Source of the DNA: Schizochytrium sp. TIO01
Lineage: Eukaryota; Protista; Bigyra: Labyrinthulomycetes
Assembly: GCA_004764695.1 (NCBI GenBank)
Contig: SMSO01000032.1
Coordinates: 1,736,001-1,800,000 of the forward strand
Direction: 5' to 3'
DNA length: 64,000 nt
Part shown: positions 25,385-36,263 of the stretch, one piece after another
Layout: every line of letters begins with the position of its first letter
Position numbering within the stretch: the stretch's first letter is position 1
The notes under the pieces: model-generated
Told to the model about the DNA's origin: nothing
What the model saw: only the letters and a program-made list of their open reading frames with translations
Database searches by the model: none
Made by a program: the position numbers and the translations under genes

Positions 25385-26413
25385 AAATCTATGTATATCA
25401 ATCAGCTCATCCCCAGTGGTCGATGGGCCAGTCCATGCCCGATTGATTCTTCAGCCGCAGGTGTAATGTAATTGGCGGCAAGCAATCAGTCCATCGCTCG
25501 ATCAGGGAGTGGAGGAGGAATCGATGAACTAATGAATGAACGGATTAAGCGTTGACTCGTTCTGAGTTTGTTCACTCCATCAATTGAAGTCCAAATAACC
25601 GGAGTCTTTCAGGATGTTGACCAACTACCGGTCGCCGTGTTTTCATTGCCCCTGCGTATTTTATTTGGGTCGCGTAGATGCACGGTAGGGAGTGCTAGAG
25701 GGCTATCTGAGAATTTGCAATAAAATACCGTTCTAAAAGCGTGCGATGGTTAGACTCCCGCCCCATTATCGAGGCTCCTAGGACTTGGGTAGATCGATGG
25801 TAAGGTATGAGCCTAGCGGCAGAAGCTATTGAAACATAGGGCACCTCGTTGGAGTCTCGTGCTTCGAGGCGAAGCCCGACAAAGCCTAACTAGAGGCACC
25901 TGCTCGTGGTGCTGCGGCCGAAGCTGGCCTCGAGCCAAGCAGGAGGTCCTGGCTGCGTGTCGTAGCCGTAATTGAAAGGTTTCAGGTGATTTGTACGGCG
26001 TGTAAACAAACATTCTGATCAGCTCGAAGCAGCTGGCGTGCTGGCTTTGCGTGCTCTGGGTTTTGCTAGTTTGCTTACTTGCTAATCTAACCTCTTGCTG
26101 CGAAGAGAGTGGATTATAAACGAGAACATATCTCCGCCAAGCCCAAGGTTCTTTTTGCTAACGCGTTAAGCTGCTTACGTTTCTCAGAGACTAGTAAGCT
26201 GGTGAAGACAAACTAGTCTGTCAGCGCTACTTACGACAGAAGCTTCTCAAGATTTAGGCTCTTTGGTGATCAAAGAGTTCTTTCGTTGGCATTTGGAAAC
26301 AAACATACTTCGAAGTTGAAACCTTAGATAAGGGTCAGAAACCAGGGATACTCTTGGATAACTTTGAAAGAATACTTCGAGCTCAAGAACGTAGGTCACA
26401 AGAGGACTCAACC

Positions 26414-28543
26414 ATGACGACGACGGCCCCAACCTCCTCGCGGGCCCTCTATGGTGTTGGTGCTACAGCCCCGCCTTACTTACCAACAGAGTACCTCAAA
26501 TCCCCGCGCGCGAGACTTGGTACCGCCACAGTGGGTTCACCCTCGACTAGGTATTCAATGAGATCTCCATCGTATGGTCAGCCGATCTCATCAGGAAACC
26601 GTATCACGTCATCTTCGAGATCTTCAAGATCTACAACGCCAACACGGACGGCCAATGATGTTAAGCCTCCAAGTGCCCCTGAAGCACCGCGTGACTCAGG
26701 AAACGCATCATCGCCGCATGGAGTTGAATACAATGCAGGCGCACCGGAAGCCAGTACTGAGTATATTGTGGATAAGAAGGGTGGCCAAACCTACATCAAG
26801 GGCCGTCTACTTGGTAAAGGCGGATTTGCGCGCTGCTATAAGTTTAAGCATGTTTCGAGTAAACATGTATGTGCAGGCAAATGTGTTGAGAAATCTTCGT
26901 TGAAGAAGGAGAGAGCTCGACGCAAGCTTTTGAGCGAGATCAAGATCCACCGATCTTTGTCCCATACCAATGTCGTGAGATTTGAACACTTTTTCGAAGA
27001 CAAGCACTTTGTGTATATTCTTCTTGAATACTGCAACAATCAAACACTGATGGAACTTGTCAAGCGTAAACGGCGATTGAGTGAAACTCATGCGCGCACA
27101 GTCATGCTGCAACTACTCGATGGCGTGGAGTATTTGCATAGTGTTAATGTCATTCATCGAGACTTGAAGCTCGGTAACATCTTTCTCACGGATGGCTTAC
27201 AAGTCCGCATTGGTGACTTCGGTCTTGCAGCCCGTCTCGACCATAAGGATGAAAAGAAAAAGACCATGTGTGGTACACCGAACTACTTGGCGCCAGAAAT
27301 TCTTGATGGGTCTTTAGGACACAGCTTTGAAGTAGATATTTGGTCTCTTGGCGTCATTCTCTACACGATGCTCGTCGGCAAGCCACCTTTCGAAACCAAA
27401 AACGTTAAACAAACTTACAAGCGAATTCAGGCGAACCTGTATACCTTTCCTAGTGAGATTCCGCTTACTGCAGAGGCTAAAGACCTGGTTCGAGGAATTC
27501 TCAACAAGGATCCAAAAATGCGCCCTTCCTTGGCCAAAATTCGTGCGCATCCCTTTTTTGCAGGATACGTTCTCTCTCAGGCATCACCATCTGCGGGTAT
27601 CCACGCTGTAAGAGAGGATAAAGAGAACGCAGCTCTCCCAGGTAACCGTGTGGCGGCAAGTTTGCCAGCGTCAGCATCACCTCGGGCTTCCGAATTTGGC
27701 CTTGGCCCATCCTATCCGAAGTCCAGTAGCGCTCCTTCTGCTGCAAGACAGTCACCACTCGATGCACGCAAGCTTACTCCGTCCAGTAAGCAGCCGAGTA
27801 GTTCTTGGCGTTCTCCCACAGGCTACACTTCGAGTCCTTCACCAAGCCCAAATCCAAAGTCAGGTTCTGATGACTCCGTCCCGCTCGTTGTACAAAAGTG
27901 GGTTGATTATACCTCAAAATATGGTCTTGGTTACATTCTTCAGGGAGGTCTTGTTGGTGTTTACTTTAATGACGCTACTAAACTAATTGTGGCGCCTAAT
28001 CGCTATGATTTTCAGTACTACGAACGCGGGTCGCCAAAGTTCGCAGCTCATAATCTTGAGGTCTACCCCGAGGCGCTTCACAAGAAAGTCACACTAGTGA
28101 AGCACTTTCGTAATTATCTTGAAAACGATCAGGAAGGAAAGGATCCGGATGCCGTAAGTACGACTGCAGCAGCAGAGGCCATGGCAGCTTCTGCAAATGG
28201 TCGTAGTGTAAATCGTTACTTGGCAGAATTTGATGATCCCTCCGTGCAACTCCCTTTCGTGAAGAAATGGGTACGCACGCGACATGCCATCTTTTTTCGC
28301 CTCTCGAACCGTACAGTGCAGGTCGCCTTTTTTGATGATACTCAGATCCTCCTCTCTGCACAGGCAAAAAGACTTACATATTTTGATAAATCTCGCACTG
28401 CGCATACGCTTCCCATTGAAGATGCTAAGCAGGATCCTGAAATTTCAAAGCGCTTGCGTTACACAAAGGATGTTCTTCACAGGCTTATTGCAAGCTCAAC
28501 GTCACCGCCAGCCCCTTCCTCGGCCAAGAAGTCTTCACCTTGA
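26414..28543 (+). CDS. PLK1: Polo-like kinase (kinase domain + two polo boxes)
   Basis: LGKGGFARCY, HRDLKLGN, GDFGLA, CGTPNYLAPE, GHSFEVDIWS; polo boxes KWVDYTSKYGLGY, GVYFND, KKWVRTRHAIFFRLSNRTVQVAFFD. First ATG at 26414. Confidence 0.97.
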   Translation: MTTTAPTSSRALYGVGATAPPYLPTEYLKSPRARLGTATVGSPSTRYSMRSPSYGQPISSGNRITSSSRSSRSTTPTRTANDVKPPSAPEAPRDSGNASSPHGVEYNAGAPEASTEYIVDKKGGQTYIKGRLLGKGGFARCYKFKHVSSKHVCAGKCVEKSSLKKERARRKLLSEIKIHRSLSHTNVVRFEHFFEDKHFVYILLEYCNNQTLMELVKRKRRLSETHARTVMLQLLDGVEYLHSVNVIHRDLKLGNIFLTDGLQVRIGDFGLAARLDHKDEKKKTMCGTPNYLAPEILDGSLGHSFEVDIWSLGVILYTMLVGKPPFETKNVKQTYKRIQANLYTFPSEIPLTAEAKDLVRGILNKDPKMRPSLAKIRAHPFFAGYVLSQASPSAGIHAVREDKENAALPGNRVAASLPASASPRASEFGLGPSYPKSSSAPSAARQSPLDARKLTPSSKQPSSSWRSPTGYTSSPSPSPNPKSGSDDSVPLVVQKWVDYTSKYGLGYILQGGLVGVYFNDATKLIVAPNRYDFQYYERGSPKFAAHNLEVYPEALHKKVTLVKHFRNYLENDQEGKDPDAVSTTAAAEAMAASANGRSVNRYLAEFDDPSVQLPFVKKWVRTRHAIFFRLSNRTVQVAFFDDTQILLSAQAKRLTYFDKSRTAHTLPIEDAKQDPEISKRLRYTKDVLHRLIASSTSPPAPSSAKKSSP

Positions 28544-29099
28544 TGCAGGAACTTGATACAAATATTCACAAGCCTGCGGAAGGAATAAAAACATACTGCA
28601 GAGCTGCCGTAATGATTCGACCACGCGTCCCAGAATTTCATAGCGGGGGTCAAAATACTTCTCTTTTGAGTCCATAGAGAGGACGCAAGAACGAAAAGAA
28701 ACAAGGAATAAACAAAAACACTTGCAAGCTAGTGAACAGACTTAGTTATTTCGAGATTGAATGAACATTGAATGGACAAATGTGCTCTCTGACAAGGAGT
28801 CTGCCAACAAGAGAAGAACCAAAGCGTAATTTGCCTCGAGCTCCCTCTTTTCTTTAAAAGCGCGATTCACCATACATCCGCATGTGTCCCATACATCCAT
28901 TACCAAATACATGTTTGATCTCCCTTGTAAACAGTCGATTACTATATCTATCGTTGTCTAAAATCCATAAATAAATCTACCTAGTACCTATGAAATCGAT
29001 CCTCTTAGTGTTCATTCGCACCCTCGACTGCCACATATTCTTGACTAACCCTCGCGAGCTTGGACCATGCTTGATCTCTTCTTCGTTGGTGGACGACTA

Positions 29100-29460
29100 C
29101 GTGAACAGAATCTGAAGAACGGTCCTAGCCTTCCTCCAGAACCTTTGTTGCTGTGTGTGTATATACTTCTACTGCTCCCAATATTAATTACAATCGATAA
29201 GGTTTGTGTCACCTCTAAAGTACAGGTACCATAACTCTCCCATTGAGGTGTCCCACCATCTTGAGCTGTAGCAACACGATTCATTCTGCATGCGTGACTA
29301 ACGTGGTGGGTCTCTTTTGGTTTGCCCGCAACGCCGTCATCAAAGTCGTTGACTGTGTTCTCACCTTGAGCTTGAGCTTGAAAGGAAAAGGTCACTATTT
29401 CTTTAGCTACTACACAGATAATTGCTATGCTACTACACCAGCAAGCCTCTTTGTTGTTCC
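29100..29460 (+). mobile_element. Degenerate piggyBac-like transposase remnant
   Basis: Ordered fragments in shifting frames: RI*RTVLAFLQNL, ITIDKVCVTSK, VLTLSLSLKGKGH...YTDNCYATTPASLF; the two Asp codons (29196, 29417) are ~74 codons apart. By-eye match only. Confidence 0.5.
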
Positions 29461-30270
29461 AACAATCAGCAAAATCCAAGCCCGCCGAAGAAGGCCGCAC
29501 ACAGAACTTGAGCAGGCAGACACTGCCCCGGAGGCAGTATAACTAACAGCTTGGACTCCATCAGCAGCCGGTGCTCAAACTCCTCAAAGCCCTAGTTCTT
29601 CAAGTGCATGAAGAAAAAGAACAATCCAATGCTTCAGATTTTGATTATTACGCGTGTCAAACTTCGTCTTAGCGAACTTGAGGGAAAGAAGAATAGTCCT
29701 TGGGGCCACCTTACCGCCCTCTACCATTTACTCATAGAAGACTCCGGCTGGCGTTCGCGTTCTTTTCCGTGACGTCGACGACTGCTTGCCCTGCCTTGCG
29801 TTCTTTCTGTTCTCTGCGGAAGCCAGGACTGTCTTTGTGAGGCTTGTATTGATTGCTCTATAATCTGTTATTAGACTATAGGGAGTCAAAGTGGAGCAAA
29901 TACTGACACACAATGTAATAAAATTGTGTACAAGTGAAGTATAGTGAGTGAGAGTAAAGAAGAAAACATCCTTCTGTTGTCTTACATATAATTAAGGCGA
30001 GTCCTCCAGAGAGCGCAAAATCGGAGCTGCGCGACGCCGCCAGCGAGGGGCCGCCAGCCGCAGAGTCACCGTAGGGCCCGCCACGGCCGAAAAGGAGCGC
30101 TCTATCTACATCAGATTGTGAAGAGACATTCACCGCTGACCGCTAATCCAGTCTGCAGATCGGGCGGATCGAACGAGCGAGTAGGCCGCAAGTTGAGGAA
30201 ATCTCCACAAATAGAACGACGGAGAGCGCCGCTGAGAGCGCCTTGCGCCGCAAACACTTTCGAGAATAAA

Positions 30271-32562
30271 ATGGATGATATGAATAGCACGACGGAGCCA
30301 GAGTTTAACTCACGCGAATCAACGATGTGCGACGCAGCGCGAAGAATTCGCGCCAAGAACCCAGGCAGAATTCCTATCATCTGTCAGGCAGATGTAGATA
30401 AAGGCCTGCCCGGATGGCGCACCAAGCGCACCAAGTTTCTTGTGTCAGAGAAACTCAATGTAAGCCAGTTTAGACGGTTCGTGAGATCGAATCTGGTGAA
30501 TAGCGAAGCATCCAGTGCCGCAGACGGTAGGGTTAAACCGCCAAAGGTGCAGCTGTATCTGGAGAGCGGAGCGGAACTCACGGAGGATCTCATGAACATC
30601 ACAGATCTTGATAACCTTTACAGAGATGATGATGGGTTTCTTTACCTTACCTACATTACAAAATTATCGTCAAAAATGGACGTGGTGGTCTTTCCCGATG
30701 ACGATCCTGAGGAGTCTAAAAAGGAATCTACTGATGCACTCCTAACTGCTAACGGCGCAGCTCCTGTCTCGTCAATGGAAGACTCCTCAAAACAAAATCA
30801 CACAAGTTTGTCTCAAGCAGCGATGTCAAAAGATCAAGTTATTGCTAGCAACGAGCAAAATCTCTCAGTAGGATTGAAGGAGTCGCTAGGAACAGGTAGT
30901 CACGGAAACAGCGAGCCCAAAGGTGCTATTGGGAAACCTCCTCCGTACGCCTCAGTCGTGAAAAATGGATCAGTCGAAGGCACTGTCTCTTCTCCAGTCG
31001 CTAGCATTGCTCCAGAGATAAGCCAACGATCTACCACGACAGACGGTGGGTCTGAACATGATAAATCTAGTGAGCTCGCATCGTCTAATACGGAAAGTAG
31101 CTTGGATGACACTTTGTCCTCTGCAAAGCCGTTAGCTGAACATTCGAGGGGTGTAGACGTCGCAGGACCTGCAGGAAGGGCTTTACTGCAAGGAATTGTA
31201 GATGATGCAATTGAAAAAACGTTGCAAGCGTCGCACTCCACATCTTCCTCGACAGGCGCATCAGTCCAACATTCTACAGAAAAGATGCAAGATGATGTTT
31301 CTCTTCAGCAACTGCATGAGGAGCAGCAATCTGATTATGCTCAAAGGATTAAACAACATTTAAAGCAGCGGCTCGTGGAGTGCCCTGCAACCGCTGATGA
31401 TGCCGATGACCTCTACAAGTCGCCCAAGAAGGTGCCTGTATCTATGCAACAAAGGTCATCTTTACCAGATCTTAACCTTAGTCAACCGCCCGGCGCGTCT
31501 GCGAGTAAGCTTTCACAGGTGCACACTACGCCAGGTAGCAGTCCGTCGTATGACGATGATAGTGACGGCGAAGAAGAGCTTATGATGGACGGTTTAAGCA
31601 GGCATCGCTCAAGTGACACTGCTGTTTCTTCTACTCTAGGCGACGCAGAAGGCAATGGTTTCACTGGATTTGTCTCTATGATTCTGAGTGATGACAGCAA
31701 AGCTACAACGGAAGCTGGTTCTGTTCAAGGCTGGAACACATCCTCACGGGAGAGCATGAATGACCTTTCTTCTGCCAGCCGTAGAATTGGCTTGAATGAG
31801 TCACATCGCCCTACCCCGATGCTTTTATCACACATGCGACAACAACATCTCCAGCACCAGCATCAACACCAGCAACAGCTTCAACAACAATACCAGCAAC
31901 AGCAGATGAACAACTATCGCCAAACCAACTACCCGCCATACCAAGAGCCGACGCAACCTGTACCGGCACTTCAGGCAAGTCAAGCCAGTATCCAAAACTA
32001 TCCGGGTCGGGCTGAAGGCTCTAGTATGTTACTACAACATGGTGCAACTCTCCCAAATTCAGGTACTGTTTCCTCTTCGGGTCGGATTTTGACAAACCCT
32101 CAACTTGCTGGCGGTCATGATGAATTCTATAATGAGCATAGGGAGGAGGATGAAGACGAAGACGCAGAGTGGATTGATGTTGATTCATCTGTGCAGACAG
32201 ATCTGTCGCAGCCATCATTAAAGGAAAAGGGAAAAGCATTTTTGCTTCGAAAGATGGAGGAGCTGGATTTACAAAATGTTGTCAATAAAGAAACTATTTC
32301 CTCGAGTGCTGCATCTCTCCGTCAATTAGCAGCTACACTCGTCCAGGGTGCGGCAAATTCCTTCGAGCTCGATCGTCGCGCTGTATTTGTTGGAACCGGT
32401 GCTTCAGGCCGTGGAGACCTTTGGGATCTACCATCAGTGGGGACAAACCAGTCTGCCCATGCAGGACAGGGGAACAGTAATGATGATGATGACAATGACG
32501 GTGACTGGACTTGTGTGAACTTCGACGGCGGCGATGAGTCCTTCGGCGCTCGGTTTCTGTAA
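30271..32562 (+). CDS. Giant ATG8/LC3-domain protein: N-terminal ATG8-like fold, long disordered region with LIR-like motifs, C-terminal ESFG-ARFL
   Basis: ARRIRAKNPGRIPIIC, RTKFLVSEKLNVSQFRRFVR, LYRDDDGFLYLTY match ATG8-family signatures. Single open frame to 32562; first ATG at 30271. Confidence 0.88.
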   Translation: MDDMNSTTEPEFNSRESTMCDAARRIRAKNPGRIPIICQADVDKGLPGWRTKRTKFLVSEKLNVSQFRRFVRSNLVNSEASSAADGRVKPPKVQLYLESGAELTEDLMNITDLDNLYRDDDGFLYLTYITKLSSKMDVVVFPDDDPEESKKESTDALLTANGAAPVSSMEDSSKQNHTSLSQAAMSKDQVIASNEQNLSVGLKESLGTGSHGNSEPKGAIGKPPPYASVVKNGSVEGTVSSPVASIAPEISQRSTTTDGGSEHDKSSELASSNTESSLDDTLSSAKPLAEHSRGVDVAGPAGRALLQGIVDDAIEKTLQASHSTSSSTGASVQHSTEKMQDDVSLQQLHEEQQSDYAQRIKQHLKQRLVECPATADDADDLYKSPKKVPVSMQQRSSLPDLNLSQPPGASASKLSQVHTTPGSSPSYDDDSDGEEELMMDGLSRHRSSDTAVSSTLGDAEGNGFTGFVSMILSDDSKATTEAGSVQGWNTSSRESMNDLSSASRRIGLNESHRPTPMLLSHMRQQHLQHQHQHQQQLQQQYQQQQMNNYRQTNYPPYQEPTQPVPALQASQASIQNYPGRAEGSSMLLQHGATLPNSGTVSSSGRILTNPQLAGGHDEFYNEHREEDEDEDAEWIDVDSSVQTDLSQPSLKEKGKAFLLRKMEELDLQNVVNKETISSSAASLRQLAATLVQGAANSFELDRRAVFVGTGASGRGDLWDLPSVGTNQSAHAGQGNSNDDDDNDGDWTCVNFDGGDESFGARFL

Positions 32563-32844
32563 ACAAAGCTATCTGATAGTTGAATCTGTGCTGCATGTAC
32601 TAGTACCTTTACGAACTGGGCTGCTGTGCAGAATCAATATTCAAGTCCAGCAGAAAGATGTATGCTTATTCAGTCAGTGCTCCACATAAAATATCAATTT
32701 ATCTTTCTATAATATCCACTGGCTTCCGCGTCACTTCTTGAATTCTTCATATCAATGTGTTTGATGTCTTCGATGTATTGCAAATTTGAGGTAGAAACAT
32801 GGTACTCATGTTTGTAACGATTGTTTTTGTCTGCGCTCTTACGT

Positions 32845-34110
32845 TTACCATTCTCTCTTCCCGCACGTAAAGAGAGGCTGACCTTGATCTGTAATGTCAT
32901 TGATAGCAAAAAGACAACCTTGTAAAATAACGCCGATGACATTAGCCAGTGCAATTCCAATTGACGACGCTGCTGTAACTGCAGCCATGGAAAATTCTTG
33001 TGTCTCATACGGAAGTGTGCGACCCATAATACAAAAGCTATGTACATAAACTGCGCCACCTAGGCACCCAACAAAGAAACAAACCACAAGAATGGAATAA
33101 TCCCACCAGAAATGGTAAATTGCATCAAGAGTAAAGAAACACAGTAATGCCGTCTGTAAAAATGGCATAAGCCAGAGCTCGCGAACTCCAAGGTGGAAAT
33201 ACGCACCGGATGACCGAGAGAAAAATACACCCACTTGATAAAGCCAATTAGAGTATAGGTAGAATTTACCCCTAGCTTCTTGTGAGTGGACAGGGAAGCC
33301 AAAGGAAGCCCATGTTCCTGACTGCATCACGTACTCAGTGAGATAGACAAGAAACAGAGGAATTGAAAATCGCCAAAGTGAGCAGAAAATGCGAAACTTT
33401 GCGATCATGCCATTGTTTCCCTGGCCTGCATCATTTTCTCGATTATTATTAGTTTCGTCGTTATGGTCAAGAAGAAGATAGCTCGCACCACTTAATGATT
33501 CAGAACTGGGGCTACGAGAATTCTGATCAAAAGGTTTAACTAAGAGTCCGAGAAAAGTACCGAGAAATCCCAACGGAATTAAATTAGCCAAAAGTAAAGT
33601 TGTCTTAAAGCTAAGCTGACAAAAGTCAACACAAAGCGCTTTAAATGCATATCCAAAGATTCCAGCGAATCCTGTGCCACTTGACCATGCTGTCACCTCA
33701 CCTCGTCCATAATATGACATGAGCCCAAGCATTGAGCACTCTCCAAGACCTTGAGCAAAAGAACCAATAAGGATTCCCAACAGGCGTAGCCATATTACCT
33801 CTGCAAGTGCCACGAGGGACACCCCACTCGCAAACGCAAACGTGCATAGAATCACACGATTTCGATAGCTAACCAAGTGAAACCAGTACGGCCCAGTGAT
33901 TGTAACTAGCAAACTCGGCACGTTGTTACAGAAATAAATGACGCCTACACCACCAGGTACGATAAAAGCCGCACCAGCGTTGAGAATGACAAATATTGCG
34001 TTATTGAAGAGCCCAAGCAGCCATATTGCTGCATGGTTGCCCCAATGTGTTTTACCTGTGACTTCATCAGACCCTCTGGGGTTGATGAGACCCTGAGTTT
34101 CACCTTGCAT
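32845..34110 (-). CDS. CLN3: Battenin / CLN3 / Btn1 family lysosomal-vacuolar membrane protein
   Basis: WLLGLFNN..FVIL..A, GLGE, AWSSGTGFAGIFG, PLFLVYLTEY, YQVGVFFSRSS, GCLGGAVYVHSF, EFSM. Confidence 0.94.
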   Translation of the reverse strand: MQGETQGLINPRGSDEVTGKTHWGNHAAIWLLGLFNNAIFVILNAGAAFIVPGGVGVIYFCNNVPSLLVTITGPYWFHLVSYRNRVILCTFAFASGVSLVALAEVIWLRLLGILIGSFAQGLGECSMLGLMSYYGRGEVTAWSSGTGFAGIFGYAFKALCVDFCQLSFKTTLLLANLIPLGFLGTFLGLLVKPFDQNSRSPSSESLSGASYLLLDHNDETNNNRENDAGQGNNGMIAKFRIFCSLWRFSIPLFLVYLTEYVMQSGTWASFGFPVHSQEARGKFYLYSNWLYQVGVFFSRSSGAYFHLGVRELWLMPFLQTALLCFFTLDAIYHFWWDYSILVVCFFVGCLGGAVYVHSFCIMGRTLPYETQEFSMAAVTAASSIGIALANVIGVILQGCLFAINDITDQGQPLFTCGKREW

Positions 34111-34964
34111 GGCAGCTTATCCTAGTTGTACCAATGGCTCACAAGATTGCGCAAAAGCGCCGATACCTTAGCGAAGACAGTAGTGCTCCTGGGCAGCTAT
34201 CTGAGTTTACATACCTCGCTCTGGCATGAGGCATAAGGTTCCTCGCGTGCCATCTTTGACTGATTTTTTTGGGACCAGAAAATATAAAGAAAAAAAATCC
34301 CCGTTAGCACTCAAGACTTGACGTCTATATTTCAGCTACCTATTAATTTTCTTTGTGTAGCTTATATCGGAACGAACGATTATGGTTGTGCTTGTTGGGT
34401 GAAAACCACTCTCTTGATGTCTTACTCACTGGCAGTTGGTTTGAGTACCTACCTACCAGTTCTCCCATCTTTTTAGTTTTATATAGACATTATATATTAA
34501 TTTTAAGAAAGTCACATATGACCACCTCTGCAGAGATTGAAATCTATCCACAAACCGAGATGAATCTGAAGATAGCCAAACCAGATAAGGAAATCACAAT
34601 TCCACCATTGTCGTTTTGCCTCATCTCATGTCGTGAGCTTCTGATAGACATGTGGCTGCCTCGTGCATTATGTATCTTCGATTGATCCAGTTATCCTGCG
34701 TTTAACACACTTATTCGCGACTATCACAGCGTGTTGTTAACCCAATAATCCCGGGCGCTCTATTCACAAATCCAAACAAACTTTTCTTAATGCTCAATTC
34801 TTTCTGTACTTTCGCCGACTGCTTTTCTCAACTCTGTTTATATTCATCTTCCTTCTGACTTGAGCATCGATAATGATTTATTTTCAGGAGTATACCTAAG
34901 AATTTATGTACAAGCGAAAAATACTTTTTCTTTTACGCGCAAAAACGCATCCACGACGACGAGC

Positions 34965-35825
34965 ATGGTGTCGAGTCGTTCCTCACTTGCCTCGCGCCTG
35001 CCCTTGATGCTTGCCGCAGTTGCGCTGGCGCTAGCCCTTCTATGGCGTTCACAGTCACTCTCGCAGTCATTGGACTACAGCATGGGCGTTGTTCCAGGCT
35101 CTATGAATAACATCATAGGACAGCCTGAAGCCACCAAAGATCCGTGGGCTTCCCACTCACGACGCGCCGGATCTCGTAGACGACCCGTGCCAGGATTAAC
35201 AGGGTCCTGGAAAGCAGCAGTAGCAGCAGTTGCCACAGCGGCGTTGGCAGTTGCGGCATACTGGTGGCGGAAAAAGGCCGTCGCAGCTCTGGACGCATGT
35301 GGACTCTCATTCCTCGTGGAGCTGCTTGGTATGGCAGGAGCGCAGGCGTTACCACCCATGGAGGAACAAGAGGATGATCTTTCCAACCTCCCTCCTCTCG
35401 TGGACGCAGTACTGTCCGAGTCAACGCCTGAGAACGGCTCGGAAACAACAAACTTCTGCGAATCTCATGATAATATCGAAGGAAACAACCTCAAAAAAGA
35501 CGCAGAGCATGAAAAAGTGCGAGGCGTTACAAGCTTTAATAAAGAAGGTCAAACACTGAGGAGGAGAAGGAGGGACTCTGAAGGTATAGGGATGGACAAA
35601 GTTCGCCCTGAAGATACCTGGACAACCACCGATGCGAAGGCAACAGCAACACGTAGGTTTGTGCCGTGCGACGCGAGTGAAATTACGCTGCCAGACGACT
35701 GGCTTGTCTTTGATGAAAAGTTTGGACTCGTCCCAGCCAGGTCTGCTGCAAATACACAAGCTCACGATTCTGTCCAGCAGTTTGTGGTCCGGCACCATCA
35801 TCAAGAGGTGCCTGTGGGGCATTAA
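34965..35825 (+). CDS. Hypothetical membrane protein (N-terminal signal/anchor, second hydrophobic helix, disordered tail)
   Basis: Hydrophobic stretches LPLMLAAVALALALLW and AAVAAVATAALAVAAYWW followed by RKK; first ATG at 34965. Confidence 0.75.
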   Translation: MVSSRSSLASRLPLMLAAVALALALLWRSQSLSQSLDYSMGVVPGSMNNIIGQPEATKDPWASHSRRAGSRRRPVPGLTGSWKAAVAAVATAALAVAAYWWRKKAVAALDACGLSFLVELLGMAGAQALPPMEEQEDDLSNLPPLVDAVLSESTPENGSETTNFCESHDNIEGNNLKKDAEHEKVRGVTSFNKEGQTLRRRRRDSEGIGMDKVRPEDTWTTTDAKATATRRFVPCDASEITLPDDWLVFDEKFGLVPARSAANTQAHDSVQQFVVRHHHQEVPVGH

Positions 35826-36263
35826 GTCGGGCTCGAGTGACGCTCTACGAGACAATATTTATGCACACATAGCGTAAAGTACGACGGGGAAAAGGAAATA
35901 CTTCCCACGAAGACCCCGCTGGGCCCATGTCACAAATTACCTCAGGTTATTAAAACATGAACACCGAACAAAGAAAGAAAGATAAAGACGGGGCTGCCAA
36001 ACCTGGTTAGCCCTGGCTACAATTTGTAAGAATGAAATTTATCATAATTTAGTAATATACATACATGCAAAGAAGCAAGTTCAAGCTACCGGATCTTGAA
36101 AGAAACTTGGGTGGATGCAATTCATTCTAGTTTTTGCGCTCTGATATGCATTTATAATCATCATCGTGACCTTTTCCTCTTTTTCGTTTTTTTTTTTTTT
36201 TTTTCTTTCTTCAAAAAGCGTGAAAGGAGTACATAGGTAGAAGGGTATGCAAAACTCGCATTC

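Noticed and set aside
30655-32535. Idea that the ATG8 linker is an intron giving a normal ATG8
   Set aside because: It is stop-free over ~627 codons and has no polypyrimidine/AG acceptor before the ESFG codons.
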